Assembly: GCA_013202975.1 (NCBI GenBank)
Contig: JABMQY010000085.1
Coordinates: 1 to 60,427, forward strand
Length of the DNA: 60,427 nucleotides
Direction of reading: 5' to 3'
Source: Candidatus Saganbacteria bacterium
GTDB taxonomy: Bacteria > Margulisbacteria > WOR-1 > XYC2-FULL-46-14
The position numbers and the translations under genes were made by a program. Positions 9,561 through 18,113 of the stretch are shown piece after piece. The notes under the pieces were generated by a model. That model was not told the origin of the DNA and ran no database searches. It saw only the letters and a list, made by a program, of their open reading frames with translations. Numbering within the stretch: the stretch's first letter is position 1; each line of letters opens with the position of its first letter.

Positions 9561-11480
9561 ATGTTTAAGAAACTGTTGAATAAATTAATTTCGGTTGGGA
9601 TAGTTGCTTCAATTATTTTGTCAGGATTGGTCGTTTTTGCACTGCCGGTTTTGGCCGACAGCTATAACGCCTATCCGGATACCGGCCAGTATGTTTATGA
9701 AAAGTCGGTCGGTGGGACTAAGCTGGCTGCCGGTAATCTTTTACAGATAATTTATGCTAAGGGTTTAAAACCCCTCCCTCCTAAATCAGACGGATCTCCT
9801 GGAGGCGCAGACGCCTTAATTGATTCAACCGCCAGAACAGTCGGAAATATCGGCGGTGCCGGATATTTCTACTACGCTCTAAATGGATTAACTAATGGAA
9901 ACACCGTCTATATCCGTGTCTGGAATGCTTCTACTCTAAAAGCAGCAACCCATTACGGTGATTCTGCTCCTTTAAAAATAGGTAACCCATTACCTAATCC
10001 TCCCTCTGCCTGGGCAATAAAATCTTTTGCTACATCAAAACCAAAGCCTGTTACAGGACCATCTATAAAGAGTGTTTCTCCTTCGTCCGGAAAACAGGGC
10101 GAAACAATTGCTAAAGTTACAATAGAGGGGTCAGGTACAACTTTTACTTCTAATTCAAAGGTAACATTTGGAAGTGGAATAACTTCGGGTACAGTTAAAT
10201 TATTAAACGCATTAAAGCTTGAAGTTTCTAATGTAAAAATTGCTTCGGATGCTGCTCCTGGCAAGAGAGATGTTACTGTCGACTCTGTTATAGGGAAAAA
10301 CATGTTTGAAGTTAAGGCTCCAACAGCTGCAACCTCAATCGTCATCGACGATTATGAGGGAGCTACAAAATCAGTCTCTGGTAGCGTTACCTTCCCTTCA
10401 GGCAAGGTTAGTTCTTATTATGCTATCGGACCGACAAAGTCTAATGAACCAACGGTTTTAAGACAGACTTCAGTTGCCAAAAAAGATACTTATGCAATGA
10501 AGACCAGCTATTCTGCAAACTCAGATCCTAAAACTTCATATAGAGGATGGGGTGGTATTTTGGTTGCAACCCAGGATGCATCTTCTGTTGATACTCTAAC
10601 CTTTTGGTTAAAAGGTGACGGATCAACTAACAAGGTTAAGTTTCAGGTTAAAGATGCCGATGGTACAAACTTTGGTTTGACCGATGCAAATGCTGTCTCT
10701 CTTTCGTCAACAGATTGGAAAGAGGTTAAGATCAGCTCTTTTAAAACTAAAATGTCTCGTGTAGTGGGGACAACTTCGGGTGATGCAACATTAAATTGGA
10801 ACAAAATTGATCAGTATCAGTTTGTTTTTGCCGGAACCGCAGCATCAACAGGGGTTTATATTGACCATGTTGTTGTATCAAAAGGATCAACTATACCACC
10901 AGTAACCGGCAACCCAAAGATCGATAAGATCAGCAAGTCAAAGGGAAAAGCTGGAATTGAAGTTACTATAACCGGTACAGGATTTGGCTCTGCCGGAAAG
11001 ATTGAGTTTGCCGGAACAGACGCAAAAGCCTATATCGAAAGCCTGTCAACCAAACAAATATCAGCCTGGAGCGCGACCGGCATTACCTTTAAAGTTCCTG
11101 ATATCAAAAAAGGTAAAAAACAATTATCGGTAATTCGCACCAGCGACAGCCTGCAGTCAAACGCAGTAAGCTTTGAAGTATCAGCTTCGGCTGCCGCAGC
11201 ATCATATAACTATCCAAACCCGTTTAACCCAAGCGGAGCAGAGACAACTAAGATTGTATTTGATTCCGGAACAAACACAACTGCTACCATCTATATCTTT
11301 GATACCACAGCCCAGATGGTAGAAAAATTAAACTGGAGCGGAACTGCCGGAGCAAACGAGGTTTCATGGAACGGCAAAAACGCCTTTGGCGAAGTACTTG
11401 GAGACGGAGTTTATCTCTATCGTGTAGCAGCAGGATCAAGCATATTAGGTCGAGGAAAAATCCTCATAATTAATAAATAA
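9561..11480 (+). CDS. Secreted protein with CBM-like domain (YRGWGG) and a C-terminal T9SS-type sorting/FlgD-Ig-like domain (TIGR04183/PF13860-like)
   Basis: Preferred start ATG 9561 (RBS AAGGAGGG, then MFKKLLNKLISVGIVASIILSGLVVFALPVLADS signal). The track ORF starts at 9534. The last ~85 aa (..SYNYPNPFNPSG..TTKIVFD..ATIYIFDTTAQMVEKLNW..GANEVSWNGKNAFGEVLGDGVYLYRV..GKILIINK) match the Por-secretion-tail pattern. Mid-region shares the YRGWGG..YIDHVVVSK module with ORF 5026. Confidence 0.75.
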   Translation: MFKKLLNKLISVGIVASIILSGLVVFALPVLADSYNAYPDTGQYVYEKSVGGTKLAAGNLLQIIYAKGLKPLPPKSDGSPGGADALIDSTARTVGNIGGAGYFYYALNGLTNGNTVYIRVWNASTLKAATHYGDSAPLKIGNPLPNPPSAWAIKSFATSKPKPVTGPSIKSVSPSSGKQGETIAKVTIEGSGTTFTSNSKVTFGSGITSGTVKLLNALKLEVSNVKIASDAAPGKRDVTVDSVIGKNMFEVKAPTAATSIVIDDYEGATKSVSGSVTFPSGKVSSYYAIGPTKSNEPTVLRQTSVAKKDTYAMKTSYSANSDPKTSYRGWGGILVATQDASSVDTLTFWLKGDGSTNKVKFQVKDADGTNFGLTDANAVSLSSTDWKEVKISSFKTKMSRVVGTTSGDATLNWNKIDQYQFVFAGTAASTGVYIDHVVVSKGSTIPPVTGNPKIDKISKSKGKAGIEVTITGTGFGSAGKIEFAGTDAKAYIESLSTKQISAWSATGITFKVPDIKKGKKQLSVIRTSDSLQSNAVSFEVSASAAAASYNYPNPFNPSGAETTKIVFDSGTNTTATIYIFDTTAQMVEKLNWSGTAGANEVSWNGKNAFGEVLGDGVYLYRVAAGSSILGRGKILIINK

Positions 11481-11494
11481 GGGAGGAGAAAGTA

Positions 11495-13324
11495 ATGAAG
11501 AAATTTTTAATCTTTAGTTTTATAGTCGTTAGTTGTTTGTTGTTGGTTGTTGGTTTTGCGCAAGCTGACGTTACCGCAACAGATCCGCTGCGGATTGGTG
11601 TGGGCGCAAGGTCGCTTGGTATGGGCCGCGCATTTGTCGCGGTTGCAGAAGATGCTGATACGATTTTTAGCAACCCGGCCGGATTAGGAGAACTCTATTC
11701 TCCCAAAATTACCAGCATGTATACCACCTTAATGAGCGATGTAAATTACATTGTTTTGGGTGGCGCTTATCCTTTTGGAAAAAACAGCGGTATCGGCGCA
11801 GGGATCATTACCTCAAACGTCGGCGGAATATCACTTTATGACGGGACAGGTACCTCTCTTGGAAGTGCCAGCTGGAACAACAGCTTAATCTTTGCCTCTT
11901 ACGGATTAAAACTGCAGGACGAAAGATTAAAAGTCGGTGGAACATTAAAATATTATACTCAGGGCGGTTCTGGAAACGCGACCGTTGAAGCTGCTGCTGG
12001 ATCAGCCATCGGCCTTGATGCGGGTGTCCTTTATTCTGTATCAGATGCGCTGTCATTAGGTGTTGTTGCACAGAATCCATTAGGCACTAAACTTGAATCA
12101 GGAAACAGTGTTTCAAACGCACTGCCTACAGTTATCAAAACCGGTGTTGCTTACCGTCTTCCGATTGGAGCAGAGGGAAAGCTGACCCTGGCAGCCGATT
12201 ACGACCTGATCAGCAAGCGCTCAAATGCTTTCCATGCCGGAGCAGAATATTTTATAACTCCTATGTTTGCATTAAGGGCCGGACTGGACCAGGATCCTGC
12301 GCCGGAAGGTACAGTTACCAATCTTACTGCCGGTTTAGGGCTTAGGGTTAATGGTATTGCCTTTGATTTTGCCTACCATCCATACGGAAATCTGGCCGAA
12401 GATACTACCTATTATTTTTCACTGGGATTTGTCGGAGCCCCGGAACCAAAGAAACTTGATTTAGAAATGGTGCTTAATTCTCCGGTTGATAAATCAAAAG
12501 TTTATACCGACAGTGTAAAGGTAGCCGGAACACTTAAGGGAAAGTTGGACGGCATCAACGTAAAAGTTAACGGGGTTAATGCGACTTTGTCTTCTAAGGG
12601 AGCTTTTGTTGCTTCTGTTCCTATTGATAAGCTGGGTAAAAAACTGATCCATGTTGAAGCAGTTGATAATAAAGGAAGAAAGATCACAGCAGACCGGCGT
12701 GTATTGCGCCTGGTCAGCTTTAAAGATGTTACCGGCGGCTACTGGGCCAAGAACCCGATCGAAAATACCGGAACTGTCGGTTTGATTCAGGGGTATCCTG
12801 ATGGAAGCTTTAGGCCGGACCGAAGCTTGAGCAGGTCAGAGCTGGCAGCAATTTTGGTTAGAGCAAAAGAATATAAACTTCCCGGACGTCCGGTAAAGGT
12901 TTTCAAAGACGTACCGGCAAACCACTGGGCTGCAGGATACGTTGAGATTGCAAAACGTACCGGTTTGATTAAGGGATATCCTGACGGAAGATTTAGACCC
13001 AACAACCGTATCTCTAATTCAGAGGCAGTAACGGTTATGGCCCGATTTGACGGAATGTCAAAGAAATTTGGAAAGACCGCCTTCTCTGATGTATCTAAAA
13101 AACACTGGTCAGCAGGGTATGTAAATGCCGCACAGGAAGCAGGAATGCTCTCATATGTCAGTGGTACGGAGTTTAATCCAGATAAGTCAGTAACCCGGGC
13201 ACAGTCTGTACAGATGCTGGCAAAGACATCAATGGCAACCAAACTGGTTGATCAGCTCTTATCATGGGACAAGGGTTTCCAATTTGAAATAACCAGGCCG
13301 ACTATTAAAGCAAGTCTTTATTAA
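11495..13324 (+). CDS. FadL/PorV-like outer-membrane beta-barrel (N-terminal hatch with NPA motif) fused to three C-terminal SLH domains
   Basis: Signal peptide MKKFLIFSFIVVSCLLLVVGFAQA. ..GARSLGMGRAFVAVAEDADTIFSNPAGL.. matches the FadL/TodX/PorV N-terminal hatch signature (E. coli FadL [25 protein letters not shown]). Three SLH repeats near the C-terminus (FKDV..W...V.....GLI.GYPDG.FRP...). Confidence 0.75.
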   Translation: MKKFLIFSFIVVSCLLLVVGFAQADVTATDPLRIGVGARSLGMGRAFVAVAEDADTIFSNPAGLGELYSPKITSMYTTLMSDVNYIVLGGAYPFGKNSGIGAGIITSNVGGISLYDGTGTSLGSASWNNSLIFASYGLKLQDERLKVGGTLKYYTQGGSGNATVEAAAGSAIGLDAGVLYSVSDALSLGVVAQNPLGTKLESGNSVSNALPTVIKTGVAYRLPIGAEGKLTLAADYDLISKRSNAFHAGAEYFITPMFALRAGLDQDPAPEGTVTNLTAGLGLRVNGIAFDFAYHPYGNLAEDTTYYFSLGFVGAPEPKKLDLEMVLNSPVDKSKVYTDSVKVAGTLKGKLDGINVKVNGVNATLSSKGAFVASVPIDKLGKKLIHVEAVDNKGRKITADRRVLRLVSFKDVTGGYWAKNPIENTGTVGLIQGYPDGSFRPDRSLSRSELAAILVRAKEYKLPGRPVKVFKDVPANHWAAGYVEIAKRTGLIKGYPDGRFRPNNRISNSEAVTVMARFDGMSKKFGKTAFSDVSKKHWSAGYVNAAQEAGMLSYVSGTEFNPDKSVTRAQSVQMLAKTSMATKLVDQLLSWDKGFQFEITRPTIKASLY

Positions 13325-13338
13325 TTAGCTTTTAATAG

Positions 13339-13376
13339 GGGCGAGGTTGCATTGCTGCAATCTCGCCTTTTTTTTT
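13339..13376 (+). terminator. Rho-independent terminator after the surface-protein operon
   Basis: GGCGAGGTTGCA-ttgc-TGCAATCTCGCC stem followed by a run of 9 T. Confidence 0.8.
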
Positions 13377-13389
13377 GTTATAATTAGAT

Positions 13390-13854
13390 ATGGCTGGACA
13401 ATATTATAAAGTTATTATAAATAACCGAAAAGCATTTCACGATTTCTTTTTTCAAGAAACTTTTAAAGCGGGCATAGTTCTTCAGGGTTCAGAAGTAAAG
13501 TCAATTCGTATGGGCAGGGCAAATTTTAAGGACAGTTTTGCCCGACTTGATAAAGATGAGCTTTGGTTATATAATATGCACATAAGCCCTTACGGAAAGA
13601 GCACCGGTGCACAGGTTGTAAGTGACAGGGTAAGAAAGATTTTGGTTACCCGGGGTGAGCTTAAAAAAATAAGCGGAAAAATTGCAGAGAAGGGAATGGT
13701 GGCAATTCCTACCAAACTCTTTTTAGAAGGTAATTGGGTAAAAGTTGAAATAGGTCTTGGAAAGGCAAAAAAGCGATTCGAAAAGAGAGACACAATAATG
13801 CGCAAGGTAGCGCAAAGAGATATAGAGAGGGCACTAAAGGAGACGAACAAGTGA
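13390..13854 (+). CDS. smpB: SsrA-binding protein SmpB
   Basis: ..NRKAFHDFFFQETFKAGIVLQGSEVKSIRMGRANFKDSFARL..LYNMHISPY.. is the typical SmpB signature; located immediately upstream of tmRNA. Confidence 0.9.
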   Translation: MAGQYYKVIINNRKAFHDFFFQETFKAGIVLQGSEVKSIRMGRANFKDSFARLDKDELWLYNMHISPYGKSTGAQVVSDRVRKILVTRGELKKISGKIAEKGMVAIPTKLFLEGNWVKVEIGLGKAKKRFEKRDTIMRKVAQRDIERALKETNK

Positions 13855-14051
13855 CAGTTACGGGTGCAAATAATCATAACAGGGTATTTACCGGTATTGA
13901 CTTAAGAAAGGCCACACAAAAGGCTCTTGAGCAGAAGTTAACCCAATGGAAGGGTCAACCCCTGACTTCGGCCGAGCGGGAGTCAGCCTTAAGGCTGGCC
14001 GGCTTGCTGGCAAAAGAAGAAATTGCCGGTAAACTAGGAGGAACAAGCTAA
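13851..14051 (+). CDS. Small hypothetical protein (66 aa)
   Basis: ORF overlapping smpB stop by 4 nt; no recognisable domain. Confidence 0.3.
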   Translation: MTVTGANNHNRVFTGIDLRKATQKALEQKLTQWKGQPLTSAERESALRLAGLLAKEEIAGKLGGTS

Positions 14052-14491
14052 TGGTTAGAGTGCCAGGAAGGGTTCCTCATGTTCCACATCCCGCAGGTAA
14101 AGGGAAAGCCAGGGGGCAGAAGGTAGGAAAGCAGGCCGGACAATCAGCTAAGCCAAGCCAGATAGGGCGGGGGCCTGAGCTGGATGCCCACGCAATTGCA
14201 ACAGCCCTGGCGGTTGCCGCAAAAGAGGCAAAAGAGAAAGAGCTCTCTTTTGTAGAAATATTACAGCGTGTAATTGATTTAACCGGGATTAAGGATCCGC
14301 AGTCAGCAATGGAAGAGGCCAACCGCCGTCTTCAAAAAGAAATTGATAAAACAATAGATAATATTAAAAATAACAAAGAATTGATGGAAGAGGCCGAGGG
14401 GTGGGAGCAGTTTGCCAACCTGCTTGAGTCTCAGATGTCAGAAGAGCAGATCCAACAGTTCTTTGGGGTTCTTAATAAAGAGTTGCAGTGA
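14051..14491 (+). CDS. Hypothetical protein (146 aa), basic Pro/Gly-rich N-terminus, helical acidic C-terminus
   Basis: ORF with TAATG stop-start overlap with the previous ORF; no recognisable domain. Confidence 0.45.
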   Translation: MVRVPGRVPHVPHPAGKGKARGQKVGKQAGQSAKPSQIGRGPELDAHAIATALAVAAKEAKEKELSFVEILQRVIDLTGIKDPQSAMEEANRRLQKEIDKTIDNIKNNKELMEEAEGWEQFANLLESQMSEEQIQQFFGVLNKELQ

Positions 14492-14496
14492 ATAAC

Positions 14497-14624
14497 TTCC
14501 AACGTCCAACATCCAACGTCCAAGGAAATCCAAAATTCCAACTTCTAATCTCAAAAATATTGGGATTTTAAAATTGGGATTTGGAATTTGTTTTGGATTT
14601 GGACGTTGGATGTTGGGATTTACG
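14497..14624. repeat. Long imperfect palindrome built from CCAAC(G/A)TCCAAC repeats
   Basis: TCCAACATCCAACGTCCAA (14505-14523) pairs with TTGGACGTTGGATGTTGGG (14599-14617) as a 19-bp stem (one G-U). Additional inner pairing AATCCAAAATTCCAA / TTGGAATTTGTTTTGGATT. Starts 6 nt after the stop of ORF 14051..14491. Confidence 0.6.
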
Positions 14625-14647
14625 ATGCCGCCTTTGGCGGCAGAGTT

Positions 14648-15052
14648 GGGGCAGTAAGGGTATTGACGGGGTGTTTTCGTAGTTCTGGTTGCGAGCCGAG
14701 CATGTCATCTAATCTCGTTAAAATTGGTGGCAAAACATAAATGCAAGAAACATATTTGCACAACTAGTTGACGCTGTAAAGACTGTTTTCAGTCCAGCAG
14801 TTCCTCAGCTAGTGGCTTGCTAATTAAAGCATAGCCAGACTCACCATCTTTTCCGATAGGGGTGGATTCGAGTTTAATTATATCGGATATCCGATCGTTC
14901 GCTTATAGGCTGGTTGGAGAAAATTTATGTAAGCTAGCCTCAAGAAGACTCTGTTTCGGGTCAACCTTGAGGCGAAATAAAGAATAGAAACTACGCTCGT
15001 AGATACTGGGGCTCGTTCATCTCGGACACGGGTTCGACTCCCGTCTGCTCCA
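14648..15052 (+). ncRNA. ssrA: tmRNA (ssrA), one-piece
   Basis: 5' GGGGCAGUAAGGGUAUUGACGGGG resembles the E. coli tmRNA 5' end GGGGCUGAUUCUGGAUUCGACGGG. 3' tRNA-like end GGACACGGGTTCGACTCCCGTCTGCTCCA: T-arm ACGGG/TTCGACT/CCCGT, acceptor 3' strand CTGCTCC pairing with 5' GGGGCAG. Adjacent to smpB. Tag-ORF frame uncertain; candidate resume GCA near 14743 and stop TAA 14821-14823. Confidence 0.8.
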
Positions 15053-15055
15053 CTA

Positions 15056-15064
15056 TGATATAAT
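15056..15064 (+). promoter_or_regulatory. Extended -10 element TGATATAAT, 6 nt upstream of the metX ATG (possible leaderless transcript)
   Basis: Perfect TGnTATAAT at 15056-15064; no Shine-Dalgarno before the ATG at 15071; overlaps the tmRNA 3' end. Confidence 0.4.
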
Positions 15065-15070
15065 ATATTC

Positions 15071-16174
15071 ATGGTTCTTTTATCAAAAATCCAAGAATTT
15101 AAGTTCGATAAATTGGAGCTAGAATCCGGGGAAGTTCTTTCCCCAATCACCATTGCATATGAAACCTACGGCAATCTGAATTCGGATAAAAGCAATGCTG
15201 TCCTGATTTGCCATGCCTTATCCGGAGACTCTCATGTGGCCGGAAAGTACAGCAAAGACGATAAAAAGGCCGGGTGGTGGGATAATCTGGTCGGATCGGG
15301 CAAGGCCATTGATACCGACCGCTATTTTGTTATCTGTTCTAATATACTTGGCGGATGCCGCGGATCAACCGGACCATCTTCAGTTAATCCAAAGACAAAA
15401 AAACCCTATGCCCTTGATTTTCCGTTGATAACCGTAGGGGACATTGTAAATGCCCAAAAAAAACTAATCGACCATTTCGGGATTAAAAAACTTTTATGCG
15501 TTACCGGCGGATCGATGGGGGGGATGCAGGCCCTGCAGTGGGCGGTTTGTTATCCCGATTCGGTTAGGTCAGTTATTCCCATTGCTACAACCTCCCGTCT
15601 GTCAGCGCAGGGGATAGCATTTAACGAGGTCGGCCGCAGGGCTATTATGGCCGATCCTAATTTTAACAATGGCAATTATTACGATTCAAATCCCCCTTCC
15701 GACGGCCTGGCGATTGCCCGCATGGTTGGACACATCACTTACCTTTCTGACGAATCAATGCATAAAAAATTCGGAAGACAGACTCAGGGAGAGGATAAGT
15801 TTAAATCAAAATTCGACATTAATTTTCAGGTCGAAAGTTATCTGCGACATCAGGGGTTATCGTTTACTCAACGCTTTGATGCAAATTCATACCTCTATAT
15901 TGCCAAGGCCGGAGATTATTTTGATTTAGCCGAAACATTTGGAAGTTTAATGAAGGCCTTTGCAGGGTCAAAAGGGGTTAAATTTCTGGTGATTTCATTT
16001 ACCTCTGACTGGCTCTTTCCGTCTTATCAGTCCTGGGAAATTGTCAAAGCACTAAAGGCAAATTCTATCCCTGTTTCATACCGTAATATGGAGTCTTCTG
16101 CCGGACATGATGCCTTTCTTCTTGACGACCCTCAATTTGATAATATTATCGGAGGTTTTTTATCACATGCCTGA
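15071..16174 (+). CDS. metX: Homoserine O-acetyltransferase MetX
   Basis: ..[76 protein letters not shown].. matches MetX/MetA alpha/beta-hydrolase family motifs. Confidence 0.88.
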   Translation: MVLLSKIQEFKFDKLELESGEVLSPITIAYETYGNLNSDKSNAVLICHALSGDSHVAGKYSKDDKKAGWWDNLVGSGKAIDTDRYFVICSNILGGCRGSTGPSSVNPKTKKPYALDFPLITVGDIVNAQKKLIDHFGIKKLLCVTGGSMGGMQALQWAVCYPDSVRSVIPIATTSRLSAQGIAFNEVGRRAIMADPNFNNGNYYDSNPPSDGLAIARMVGHITYLSDESMHKKFGRQTQGEDKFKSKFDINFQVESYLRHQGLSFTQRFDANSYLYIAKAGDYFDLAETFGSLMKAFAGSKGVKFLVISFTSDWLFPSYQSWEIVKALKANSIPVSYRNMESSAGHDAFLLDDPQFDNIIGGFLSHA

Positions 16175-16769
16175 CAAGTATAAGCCCGATTATAATGTAA
16201 TTGTTAAATGGGTTGAGCCGGGAAGCCGGGTATTAGACGTTGGCTGCGGCGAGGGTTCTTTGCTTGAGCGGTTAATTACCGAAAAGAATATTCGCGGAGT
16301 GGGGGTGGACAAGAGTCCCGGTAATCTGAACGTTTGTATAGCCAAGGGCTTAAATGTAATTCAGGTTGATCTGGATATTCAAAAAGGGCTCAGGGATTTT
16401 CCTGACAAGACCTTTGACTATGTAATATTAAATGATACCCTGCAGGCACTCGAGCATCCGCTTCCTGTTTTACTGGAAATGCTGCGTCTGGGAAAAAAAG
16501 TTATTGTCGGTTTTCCTAATTTTGCGCATATTGTTTCGCGCAGTTATCTCTTTTTTCAGGGAAAAATGCCGATGTCAAAGACCCTTCCTTACATGTGGTA
16601 TGACACGCCTAATATCCATTTTATGACAATAAATGATTTTCGAAATCTATGCAAAGAGCAAAAGATAAAAGTTTTAAAAGAGCACTATTTAGGCGAGCGG
16701 TTCTATAATATTCCGGCGTTTTTTGCTAATCTTTTTGCAAGTGAAGCAGTTTATCTGGTAAACTTATAA
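16167..16769 (+). CDS. metW: Methionine biosynthesis protein MetW (methyltransferase-fold)
   Basis: [34 protein letters not shown].. is the typical MetW N-terminus. Internal ATG 16167 chosen over the track start 16107. 8-nt overlap with metX. Confidence 0.8.
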   Translation: MPDKYKPDYNVIVKWVEPGSRVLDVGCGEGSLLERLITEKNIRGVGVDKSPGNLNVCIAKGLNVIQVDLDIQKGLRDFPDKTFDYVILNDTLQALEHPLPVLLEMLRLGKKVIVGFPNFAHIVSRSYLFFQGKMPMSKTLPYMWYDTPNIHFMTINDFRNLCKEQKIKVLKEHYLGERFYNIPAFFANLFASEAVYLVNL

Positions 16770-18113
16770 TTCCGCCTCCAGTCCAAAACCTATTAAATCT
16801 GAGCGTATTGGCACACTGCTTGCAATAGCAGGATCGGTGTAATTGGTTCCGGATGGAACATCAAAGTTCTTATAAAAAAAGATGATTTTGCTGTTTTGGT
16901 TAAGGTCAAGGATTATATCAAATTTACTGGTTAGTGAAGTTCCCGGATAGTTTTTTCCATATCTGTAATCACCGGATAAAACCAAATCAGCTTCGAGTCT
17001 TGCTCTGATATTTTTTGAAAGAGGATGGGTGTATTCTAATCCAATATCGCATGTTCCGGGTATAATGTATTTATAAAAGCGATTTAGCGGAAGAAAGGAA
17101 TATTTGCTGCTGCTGCGGCTATACTGGCTGCCAATCCTATGGGCAGACAATTTTAAGTTGTTAATTCTGGCTTCTGCTCCAAGATATAGTCCCGAGGTTT
17201 TTCCGGATCCCATACCAAAGTAAAAATCAAGCCTTTCGCTGATAACCCTAATATCTGCTCTTACATCTCGTCCAGCTCCTCTAACATAGTGAAGTGTTAG
17301 TGTTTTATCGGTTTTACCAAGCAGAGGAAGCTTTTTAAAAGAGTAGCCGGCTGTTATAAAAATATCCTGATCTGAAACCAAACCATTTGCAGAATTGCCC
17401 AAAACAGTATAGCCGGCGGAAAGGGTGGTGTGATTTTTTTTCACTTTTGCTGTAATCGATGGTCTTGCGCGGCGAAATACCATTCCGGTTTTTGAAGGAA
17501 CCAATGGGTTGCTGTGAATAATGTCTCCGGCTCCAAAACTGGTGGTAAAATCAAAGTCTAAAAATCTAAAACAGCCGTTGATATCAATAAGTTCATTCGT
17601 GAGGTTTCTGGGAGTACTGGTATAGTATCCACCGTCCAATGTGTCAAAGTTTATCGTAAGTCTGTTTTTTGAGCTGTATTTTTTAGTAAAATTAAGCTTG
17701 AGACGATAATTTGTTATTAAATCGCGCGTATTAGCTTGTGAAAGGAATAAATTGCTTCTGAATGATCCGGATACTGTAGGTAATGCCGGATTTTCGATTT
17801 TGTATTTTTCAACATTGAATTCGGTTTTTAGTTCTGCCAGCAGTTTTTTTATTTTGGGTTGGGGGTTAAACTTGCCGGCTAGTTTGTCAAGAAACCCGGC
17901 TATTTCATAGCGGGTAACCTTTTTTTTTCCTCGAAAAGTGCCGTCCGGAAAGCCATCCGTTACCCCAAGATTTACCAGTTTCAGAACTGCTGCCTCGGCC
18001 CAGTGTTTGTTTTGCATGTCCTTGAATATTTGCTCTGCAGGACAACTAACAACTAACAACTTACAACTTACAACTAAGAATATAACTAAGATAGAAACAT
18101 TTCGAAGTCTCAT
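16764..18113 (-). CDS. SLH-domain outer-membrane porin (OmpM/Slp-like): signal peptide + 1 SLH domain + beta-barrel
   Basis: Signal MRLRNVSILVIFLVVSCKLLVVSC (contains a tandem LLVVSCK duplication). SLH motif ..HWAEAAVLKLVNLGVTDGFPDGTFRGKKKVTRYEIAGFL... Rest is rich in alternating aromatic/Gly/Ser, typical of OM barrels. Confidence 0.7.
   Translation of the reverse strand: MRLRNVSILVIFLVVSCKLLVVSCPAEQIFKDMQNKHWAEAAVLKLVNLGVTDGFPDGTFRGKKKVTRYEIAGFLDKLAGKFNPQPKIKKLLAELKTEFNVEKYKIENPALPTVSGSFRSNLFLSQANTRDLITNYRLKLNFTKKYSSKNRLTINFDTLDGGYYTSTPRNLTNELIDINGCFRFLDFDFTTSFGAGDIIHSNPLVPSKTGMVFRRARPSITAKVKKNHTTLSAGYTVLGNSANGLVSDQDIFITAGYSFKKLPLLGKTDKTLTLHYVRGAGRDVRADIRVISERLDFYFGMGSGKTSGLYLGAEARINNLKLSAHRIGSQYSRSSSKYSFLPLNRFYKYIIPGTCDIGLEYTHPLSKNIRARLEADLVLSGDYRYGKNYPGTSLTSKFDIILDLNQNSKIIFFYKNFDVPSGTNYTDPAIASSVPIRSDLIGFGLEAEL

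Noticed and set aside
14507-14620. Possible CRISPR repeat or MITE at the CCAAC-rich palindrome
   Set aside because: Only one copy, no spacer-repeat periodicity and no cas genes. Reported instead as a structural palindrome.
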